Positions 39,501 through 49,968 of a DNA stretch of 64,000 nt are shown here, piece after piece (the stretch's first letter is position 1; each line of letters opens with the position of its first letter). This DNA is from Auanema rhodensis. Lineage: Eukaryota > Animalia > Nematoda. The stretch is from the NCBI GenBank assembly GCA_964057225.1, contig OZ059898.1, positions 12,152,001 to 12,216,000 on the forward strand, in the 5' to 3' direction. The position numbers and the translations under genes are program-made. The notes under the pieces were generated by a model that did not search any database, was not told the origin of the DNA, and saw only the letters and a program-made list of their open reading frames with translations.

Positions 39501-41846
39501 TTACTTGGCAAACATGTATTTTCATCACAATATTTCAACTACCGATCTCACCCTAATGATGTCAAGCAAATTAGATAAAACTTCAAGAAGGTAGTTCTTC
39601 TATTTCCTGATGATGATGAAGATGTTGATGATGCTAAACGAACATCTCTCTTTATCTTTTTTTTCTCGTAGCAACTCACTCTTTTTCCTTTTCCAATTCT
39701 CCCCTTTCTACTCATTAAAGAGTGACTGCATTGCCTTTTTTTGACCAATGATGATCAGAAAATAAAAATTTTCATTCTTGAAACCATGACATGGTGTGTC
39801 TTCAGTTTAGTTTTCCTTCCGTGTAGCATTCACCTAGCTAAATGAATGACATTTCGTTTTTGAATTGTTTATCCTGCTAAATCTCAAAAAGGTATTGAAT
39901 GATCAGCTTTTTCCTTTTCAAACATTTATTTTGCTATAAGATTAAGTGTACTTTGGCCAATTAATTATCCAGAAGTTTCATTATTCTCTTATCAAAAACA
40001 AAAAAAAATTGAAAATATGAAGCATTTGATAGCAAAGGTAATACATCAATACTCAGTAAAGACCATTCTAACAACATTTTCTCTCAGAACAATCAACAAG
40101 TTCTATAGGCTATCTAACATTTACCTCATAGTACTACGCAATTTACTTCTAACATAGTATCGCTATTCTTTTCTATTTTTTCATTCATTTAACTTATATC
40201 TTGCGGTCTTTCAATGACGATAATGATTTCTGATTCCCGAACGCTTCATGATCATCGTTTTTACTGATCAGAGGTGAATTATTCTGCCCTCCACATCTAG
40301 CTTACCCTCTTTCTCTTGCACTCTCTTTCTCCTCCCTTCTTACTCTATGTTTTCCCTCTCTCTCTCTCTCTTTTCAGTTTTATACTTTCTTTCTTTCTGT
40401 ATGTTGCTTTTCTTTTATATAAATGCATGTTCACAGAGTTTCATATCTATAATCATCTGGTTAACATACTTGCATGTCGAACTATTCACGTGAGAGACAG
40501 CCATATAGTTCAAAGATTTCCTTTTCTTCTCAATTAATTTAGCAGATAGCATTTAATTAGATGATATATACAATACGATTTAATTATATTGTTTTTCATA
40601 TTCTCTTGCTACTCAGTATATTTGAACTATATTTTCTCAAACTTTACTATCTTTCAAACATTTGTTATTTACCTTTTTTTGGTACATGCAGCCAATATCT
40701 CAGCTTTTTCTTATTAGCTTAACAGTTTTTTTTCTTCTCCTCAATTACTATTACATATGATAGTACTATCATGATAAAATGAAAAAAAATTGAAATATTC
40801 CAAAACAACGGCAATTTCCCTGATTTCCCTATTCGTGTATGTCATAGTTAATGCTATTAAACTGTCTTATAGTTCTCGAAAATGTTTTTTTTTTATTTTT
40901 CTTCTTCTATTTCATTTAGTTTGGGTTGACTATGTTATGCGTAAAACTGTTTCAAGCATTATTATATTTTTATTTTTGTCATCATTTGACTCTTAATCAT
41001 CCAAATAATATATATCTTTCATTTGAAATGCAAGTATCAATATGCAAACATAGCCAAGAGAATCATTGCGTACTTCAAGCTTGTGTGATGATCAAAGATC
41101 GGTTAAAGTATTCACATGCTGAATGTTACATCTGGGATAAGTTTGCATATTGAGAGTATTCCAGATTTTGCCACCAGTCAAGCTCATAATGGGCTATCCT
41201 GTGATAGAACAAAGCCCATAGATTAAGACCTCGCATATTGTACTCAGGACTATTACAAGTTGGGCTTCATTTGCGTTCTATTTTCTATTTTTCGCACTCA
41301 AGCTAACTTTCTATCCATCTCTATTCATCATGCTTCTCATGCTTTTTCTAATTTTCATCACTCTGCCTCTCTCGCCTTCTCATCATAACCCATTTCATCA
41401 ACATCTCAGCTTATACTCTTATGTTATTCAGATTTTGCAACTAATATGGCATCCAAATGAGTATCTTACTTAGTTAATCGTTATTCACCTAACTATCATA
41501 TTGAAAACAAGCAGATTTATTTATGAAAATGTAACTGTTCACAGACCATTTGTTCGCAATTTTTTTCAATATCTGCCCAATTTAATTTTTCCTATTCTTC
41601 TTCTCGTTCAACTCTCTTTCGTGTACTAGCTCTTCAGCTATCTTCTCATTTCCAAAAGATCAATCTGTTACCAATGTACTGCATCACATCGTTTTTACAT
41701 TTTATTTGGAAAAATTGTCATTTCGTTGAATCAACTTATCTTCAAATTTCAGTTCATCCTATTGAGCTTGTTGCTGCTTCCCGTAACTCATCTAGATACA
41801 ATTGGATAACGATAAAGAATATCAGAATTCTCATTACATACAGAAC

Positions 41847-44147
41847 ATGATTCTTTCTGAGATGTTTCTTTCATTTCCACATCATTTTTCAACTGCAATA
41901 CCTGTACTTCCACCAACTACAGCTACAACAACTAACACATTGGTAACAGATGCCATGACAGCTACTTGCAGTATGGAGCGTAAATCATCCAGTACAGAAA
42001 GTTAGTATATTTTCACGTTTTTTATGATAAAATATCACTAGCTAGTCTTTCTCTTGTATTGAAATACTATTTTCAGAATCCCGACCTTTAAGGTGTAATG
42101 AGCTTTGTGCTGTCTGTGGTGATCATTCAACCGGATATCACTATGAAGTACCTAGCTGCAATGGATGGTAAGCTAATTATCCTAATCTTTATAATCTATC
42201 AATTTTTTAATTTAGTAAAACTTTTTTCCGTCGCACAATTATTTCTGAACGAACATTTAAATGTCATAAAAATGGAAATTGCATGTTTACCAAAGGTATT
42301 TAATCTTCAGAAAAAAACTATTTTAATCGGTTTTCTGAACAGATATTCGATGTGCGTGTCGTTCATGTCGTTTCAAAAAATGTCTTGAAGTTGGTATGAA
42401 TCCACGCGGTAAGATATATAATAACAAATAGCTGATTTCAATATTTATACTTTTAGCTATTCAAACCTCAAGACCAGGCTTCTCTCCCAAAGAAGCTTCC
42501 CCTCAAAATTCATCCAGCCCAGAACCGGTAAATATTTTTGAAGAACTGTCTTCTGTTGTACTTAACTATTATGTTCAATGACGTCTTATTACAGAACTTG
42601 AAGAAGAGAGCATATGATATCAATTCATTATTAGATATGCAGAAAGCATCTTGTTCTAATTCAAATCAGCTATGCTCAGCATCCACATCAGTCTCACCAT
42701 CTTCCTCTCCTGAACCGAAATCCAAATCCCTGGATAAAGAGCAGGTGAAATATTATTTTGTATCTCAAATACAAATGTAAAAGCAAAAAGTTGTTTTTGT
42801 AAAAACATTTTTGGGTGCAAATTGTGATATTATTTGTCAAAAGCTTAGTACAAACTTGAACATGTCCTGATACCTGATTTTCAACGACATTCTTCTATTT
42901 TTATTTTTAATTTATACTTTACAATTACAGATTCAACGCATTAGTGAAATAATGAATTTGGAAGATCGTCTTGACTATCTCCGGAAATCCACCTTTTCTG
43001 CCTCAAATAATCTATTAGATCTGTTAACAAAGCCTTGTGCATTGGATGATATTAGTAAATATGAGGTGATTATTTGATTTATTATAACTTAATCACAATA
43101 CATATTTCAGCCTTCACCATTGCATTTTGTTGGTAATCAAGAAATTGATTTTGATAAAGAATCAACTTACGTCATAGAATATATTAAATCATTTAGTTGG
43201 TTTAGAGAAATGTCGTTTGGTGATAAAGTAAGTTAAGGCATTCTTGAGTTTCTTAATTGCAAATCAAATTCTATATAACATCAGGCTAACTTCTATATTT
43301 TATAGTGTACATTACTATGTGATCGAGCACCTCCACTTGTTGCATTACGGATAGCATACCGTCGAGCAACCCGGCCTCATGACTTCAATGACTCCTATAG
43401 GTAATTTTTCATATTCTTTTCAAAAATTGTTTAATATAACATTTCTGATTGAACATATAACTATATTCTTTTATTATTTACTATGACGCTTTTCGTTTAT
43501 GATATTAGAATATAGTATGTAGTTCCACGTCGATGTTCTCCACGTGAATTTTTGAAAAATAACTGGCAAACTATTTATATTCATTTTACATATTTTTATT
43601 TTCTAAACTGGTTGCATTCACATAAAATATAAAAACTTTTGTTTCTCACTTAAACTCGGTTATTTCAGTTCAACTTTGGAAACTGTGGTAAATGCTATTC
43701 AGAGACTAGATATTGACCGGAAAACTTTCGCTCTTTTAAATATTATTATGTTATTGGATTGCTGTAAGTTTTGTTTTCTTACAAACCAACTATTTGATCA
43801 ATTCTATGAAAAAACAATATAAATATATGATAATTGTGCATAACATATCAATATTTCAGCTAGTTACGTTCTGAGCACTCAAGCCAAAGAAGTATTATGT
43901 GAAGAACGAATGAAATTGCTCTATTGCTTAAGGATGAACTTGTTTAAAAAGTACGCAGTATCATCTCTCTGAAATTACTAACTAACAATATTACAGAGCT
44001 TCTTCAGCAGCCGCAGGCTTGTTGGCTGATCATTTGTCATTAATGTGGACGATTTTGGAAGTCTCAGCTAAATTACGCTCAGAAATAGTCAAGCATGTTC
44101 CTCAAAATTGTTTGACTCGACAACTCATTGACGTGGGATCTTTATAG
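41847..44147 (+). CDS. Nuclear hormone receptor (nematode supplementary NHR, CNGCKT P-box), DBD plus divergent LBD
   Basis: [95 protein letters not shown]; ends GSL*. Confidence 0.95.
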
Positions 44148-46196
44148 AAACCGATTACTTTCATGAACAGAATCTGTTTTATTTAATAAATAATTTATTT
44201 TTTACTTCTTTATCTTCATTTATTACGTATAAATGTATCAATAATTGTTCATAATATTACGAAATAGCGATAGCATGAGCAGTCTCTGATATTATTAATT
44301 GTGAGAAGACAAAAGAGAATAATTATTAAATATATAATTAATACTAATAATGAATACTGATTTATGATAAATACCCATATCTACCATACTTCTATCCAGC
44401 CTCTAAGCTATGTTGCTCAAATATCAGTCAGCTTTCTCCATATTAGCGAATAGCGTAAGCAGACAGCATTTTAGACATTTTCAAATTAGTATTTTATTTT
44501 ATCTCATATTATACATATATATATGATCTTTACATATTTATATATTTATATATGAAGAAAATGTTGTATATATACTTTTTTATTACGAATATTATATGTA
44601 TGTTTGAAGTCAGCATCGCAAAATTTGTTTGCCTATCCTTATTGCCATTGAATCAACTCTTCTTTCTTCCATCTTATTATAGTTCTACATAGCTTTTTTC
44701 CCTAAATTTTATAAAAATATAAGCAAATTTTGATGAAAAAAACTTGATAGAGCAATTGATTCTATTCCTTACATCATATTCATTTGAGCCTATTATACAT
44801 ATATCACTTATTATTGCTTCAACGAGGTCTATGAAGAGCATGCTATACTAGATTGATTTAAAATCAACAAACTTTTATATTCTATTTCCCAATATAATGA
44901 ACCTAATTACAAAATAAACAACTTCTATTCATATTGAAATATATACTACATAAACTATATATTTATATTATATATAATATGTATTTAAACTTCAAACCTA
45001 CATATAGAAGTTCTTACTTTGATATTTCAAATTTTATCAGTTTTTAAGTCGAATAAACACCTTTTTTTCATATTCCGGGTGGCTGAAAGCCCAAGAAAAT
45101 ATGATTATAAATAGATTCCCAGATGTGTTGAACAAATTAATTCACTTCCTCAACCATGGTTCTACTCTTATCTGATATTGTTAACTAATTATTAACTAAG
45201 AATAAGAATTTTAAACCGATACAACATTATAAATGAATGAATGATATATTTTTTTCACATTGTGCAATCGAAACATATCACAAAAAATACAAGAATTTAA
45301 AATATAAATCTACCAGATGTATTTATTGACGAATTTATACATATATATATGACCCACATTTTTTAGATTTATCCTAAGATATGATCTATTGTTAAGAAAT
45401 GATTTAGTCTTCCATTGGCATACAACCATTCTTTCGCATTTATTCATATAAATGACTTACAAAATTTACGTCAATCTTCACTTTCTTTATCGTATCGTTT
45501 TAACCTTATCATGTTACCATCAGTTATAAAATTTGGAAAAAGAAGAAGCTTAAAAGTATAAAACAATTTCTTGAAAATGAGAACGGGTCGCAAGATCAAA
45601 AACATCATCAGCGTGACAATAAAACTTATTAGGAACTGGACAAGAAATATATATATACATATATATATGTATTGACTTTTCAATATAAAATACTTATTCA
45701 TATCTGAATTCATTTCTATAACAATAAATTAATTTTTAATTTTTCTCTGCTTCTAAAATTGATTTAAACAAATGCTCATCTTATCAAACATATTTTTTAA
45801 GAAATACTAGTTTTGCCAAGTTCGGTTTTTCAAAAATAAAATTGCCCGCGTTAATTGATTACAAACATTTATGAGAAATATGAAATATTTTTTTAATATT
45901 TAAATCAATTTAAATATATATTTATATTTCAAGAAATACTTTCCACTAAAATTGATTTTTTTGATGGATCTTTGTTTTCAAAACAATTGCTATATATTCA
46001 TGTTTGCTTTCCAGCATAGTTGCGTGCGTCCGCTAGCGGTCGGGTTCGACAGAAATGATGGAAATTATTAACACTACGTTATTCAATATTTTTTTTGTAT
46101 ACTATATATAAATTATATAATAAAATTATTATCTTTTTTCTTTATTTTAATTATTTAAATTCATTACAATAAAATGGTTTTTTTATTTAGAAACAC

Positions 46197-48000
46197 ATGG
46201 AGTTAATGAAATCACCAAGAAAAATTAGGACTATAGGTTCACATGAATTGTCTAGGTGTGTTAAAGAGTTTTTTATTATGAAAATAAATTATTACATATT
46301 TTTAAAATGTATAAAAAAGATGTTGGCATTTTTATAATGTTAATTTTAAAATTTTAGGTCTCCAAGATCCTCAGAGAATGAACTTAATTTTTCTTCAGAA
46401 GATAAAGATTCCCTTATTTCAGTTATATCTTCTACGTACGAATCTAAACCAAGTACGAGGTTTGTTGTTCTATTCATATATATTGTTTTTATTTTATATT
46501 CAGTGACTCGAATGAAGATAATACATGTTCAGACGAATCATCATTATCAAGTGATTACAGACTTTCCGAAATCACACTTCCTAAGTATTTATTTATCATT
46601 AGTCCAATTAAAAAATTTTTTTTCAGGGAATTTCGTATGAAAATTACACGTGGAAGGCCAAAAAAACAAACTCAAACTTTTTATTTTAATCAACGTCCTA
46701 ATGAAATTCCCGAGAATAATACATTTAGGTAAAAAAATGTTTTTAAAATTATTTATATCATAATTTCTATTTTTAGTGAGCGTAGGAAGCGTGGTAGGCC
46801 GAAGAAAAAGTTTTGTTTCTGAGTCGGTTCTATTTTTAATTTTTTTTTTCAGTTTGCCAAGCTTGAATTCTAATGTAGTACCTACCAAAATTATTGCACC
46901 GTAAGTTTTAAGTTTGTTAAGTTTTAAAAAAAAAAATTTAAATTTCTTCAGGGTGCCAAAGATTCCTAAGAAACGAGGACGTCCTCCAAAATATGGATTT
47001 CCCATCAGAATAGAAAAATCTGTTACTAATAATAACCTCATGCAGTATTAAATTCAAATGTTTCTAATAATATGAGAATAGCTTTAGATTAAATACCGCT
47101 TCTGATCTAACAAAGGTACTGGCTGATGTTAAAAATATTTCTTCCATTATTCTCTCAACGCGTAAAGCCAAGGAGACTGAAACATCGTCCGAACCGTAAG
47201 CAAAATGAGATTGTTAAAATTAATTGGTGCTTTTTTTCAAGATTGAAGAAGAAGCGTGGGAGGCCTAGAAAAATTCCTTCACCTAGTGAAGAACCAATTA
47301 AGCATGAAATTCAGCCTGAAAAGTAAGTAGTTTTATATGTAACTTTATTATTTTTTTCTTAGAAGTTTTGAAACGATTAGGAAAAGAGGTCGTCCTCTCG
47401 GTTCCAAAAATAGTGAATGTAGAATAACCAAGAAAATAGATAGGTGAATTATAATTTTCATACTTTCAAAAGTTATATTACTTTCAGAAATCAGGAAGGA
47501 TCTTTTTTCGATATTAGATATGGGTAAGCATATCACTGTCTCTAGAATTTTTAATATCATGCTATTTCTTTTTTTGATTTTAATTATTATTTCTAGAAAT
47601 AGAAGATCGGCTAGAGTTATTAGTCCAGAGTATAATAGGTTAGCAATTAGTTTTGAATATTTAAAAAAAGACCTTTAAGTCCTAGTGTTCTAAAGCAGCG
47701 AAAAACTATTAATTTGCCTATGGAAATACCATCTGAACAACATATTCCAGATTTCGATAGAGTAAAATTATTTCCAAGTTATTGAGCAGCAAATTTTTTC
47801 ATTTAGGATGATGCGTTAATGGATTTATTAGCTCTATATAATACAGTTCCAGATAACAAAGTAGCTCTGTTCCATATGCAACTTAAAAGTTTTATTATAA
47901 CCCTCAAGGAAGTATGTATATTTATTATTACGAAATTTATATTTCAAATAATTTTCAGGTCGTTCCATGCTTTACTCGTGACTCATCCCCTCGTCTTTGA
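46197..48000 (+). CDS. Multi-AT-hook chromatin protein with a conserved C-terminal helical domain
   Basis: Starts MELMKSPRK; five hooks TRGRPKK, KRGRPKKK, KRGRPPK, KRGRPRK, KRGRPLGSKN; ends DDALMDLLALYNTVPDNKVALFHMQLKSFIITLKEVVPCFTRDSSPRL*. Confidence 0.85.
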
Positions 48001-48363
48001 GCACTAAATTTCACCAGATGCTGTAATCAATCGGCAGATCATGTTAATTGTTTTCGATCCTTGTTCTCTTTATTTTATGACTGAAAGTTGCTATATCGAA
48101 TATGTTTTCTACGCACTTGTTACTATAAATTATGCAATTTTCTAGCTACATTTTAAATAAAAACTTATATGAAATTCTTCAAAATATAAACAAATTATAA
48201 AAAAATAGCAGCCTAGATATATTACGTCACTTTTGCGCGGGTTTTTCGATCTCGAGTTTTGATCCAGGTTTTGTATTCCTGATTAACAGGAGATTGCGCT
48301 CTGATCGTAAATTCATTTTCCATCAAGTTTCTTATTTAAAGTCGCTTTTTCTCTTGTACTACA

Positions 48364-49716
48364 ATGACTGATACTCCTAGCAAATCTTCTACGAAGCTGA
48401 AACGGTAACTTTTTAATTTTTTTTAAACTTTTTAAATTAATTAAAATTTAGAACTCTTCCTCGACATGGTGTTTTTGAACGCGTGGTGCCCAAAAGAGGA
48501 GTAAAAAATTAGTACGTCTATTTATATAGAGAAGTTTTTAAATAAGTTATTCTAGTGATTTCTCCGAATTTTTTTTAAAAGAAAGATCAGGACAAAAAAT
48601 TATATTAGTTGATATTAACAAACAAAATGGATCTGATATTGGAGTACAAAATGCAGAGAGCTGTAAACATGACGAAAATATGAGACCCGAAGGACCTACT
48701 ACAAGAAGTTATACTATGGAAACTATATCCAACACAAAATTAGATGACAAAAAGGTGGACACGCAAAACTTGGAAACAAAAGTGTTGTCCAAAAATAAGC
48801 TAGAGAAGGAAAAGCTGAAGAAGAAAAGGCAGCAGAAAAATCTTGAACAGAAAAAGCTTGAACAGAAAAAGCTTGAACAGAAAAAGCTTGAACAGAAAAA
48901 GCTTGAACAGAAAAGTCTTGAACAGAAAAATGAGAAGAGAAACCCAGAGAAAAAAGGGTTAGAAAAGAAGTTGAGCAAGGCCAAAAGCAGTGCGAGACGA
49001 GAAGACAGAAAACCAGCCCAAACAAATTCTAATACGAAAAATATAGTCAAGACTAGGTCTGGTAACAAATACCCGAGAAGAGATGAATCGTCAACGAAGA
49101 ATCTGAGAAGGCAACATTCTTCGTTAGATCCTAAAAGGCTGGCTAACATTACCCAAAATAAAACCCTTAGAATGTCTAAAACAGCTGACAGGTAAAGAAT
49201 TTTCAAATAATTAATATTATAATATATTTACAGAGCTGTGCGTAGGGAGAAATTAAAAGCTGCACGGTTCATTCGCGGGTATATCTTTCCGTTATAAATG
49301 TTTCATAATTTATTTGTTTTAAGAGTTGATATCAGAACTAGTAGCAGAGGATTGCCAAGGTATCATTCAAAATAATTTCTTATACTTTTTCTTTTCAGTC
49401 CTCGAGCTGTTAACGCTAAAAGCACGATTACCATCCCAAGGACTTTGCCAAACTTATCAATGATCAGAGCAATATCTCTTGTTAGAATTTTCAATTTTTA
49501 AAATTTAAACTAAAATTTTCAGCCAGATGCTATTAATGATATTAAATGTATATATGAAATAGTGGATGAGAATCATTTAAATCTATTCCATTATCAATTG
49601 AAGCGAATTGCCATGTCTTTAACAGACGTATGATATTTATCTTTAACAAACTTAATTGATATCTGCCATTTCAGAATATTCCATATTATAACAAACTGTC
49701 AAGTCCTCGGTTGTAA
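48364..49716 (+). CDS. Lys/Arg-rich protein with KKLEQ repeats; paralogue of the upstream AT-hook gene
   Basis: Starts MTDTPSKSSTKLKR; large basic exon to ~49191; ends PDAINDIKCIYEIVDENHLNLFHYQLKRIAMSLTDNIPYYNKLSSPRL*. Confidence 0.85.
48833..48930 (+). repeat. Coding 15-bp minisatellite CTTGAACAGAAAAAG (~6.5 units, LEQKK)
   Basis: Four exact units plus variant flanking units. Confidence 0.95.
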
Positions 49717-49968
49717 TGTTTTATTATATTATTTTATCATATATATATCAAAGCAGAGAAGCCATAGTTTATTTGGATAATATATATCGAAAGACATGCG
49801 ATTTACAATAAACGTTTCTTATTTATGCATTCACTACAACATCTTTTGAAAACTATCAAATTTATTTGACAAAATGTTCTAAACGGCATATTGTACAGCA
49901 AAGCAAAGCATTATGAAGCAAAGTGTATTGAAAGCATTTAGGCAAGCTGAGATCGTATTGAGATCGTT

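Noticed and set aside
33066-41153. Many 60-110 aa ORFs rich in SLSLSL or THTH
   Set aside because: Translations of microsatellites and CT-rich tracts with no splice support.
23266-43550. Recurring (C)ACGTGAATT-like motif (~23268, 25416, 31134, 43538)
   Set aside because: Short, variable and without consistent position; enrichment cannot be shown by eye.
46021-46050. tRNA or Pol III gene suggested by GGTTCGA and the CCGCTAGCGG palindrome
   Set aside because: No cloverleaf and no proper A box or full B box; more likely part of the AT-hook gene's promoter.
48709-49206. 165-aa and 100-aa minus-strand ORFs
   Set aside because: Antisense shadows of the Lys-rich repetitive plus-strand exon.
49937-49943. 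TTAGGC telomere unit or DNA-elimination break site
   Set aside because: Single hexamer, no array or supporting motif.
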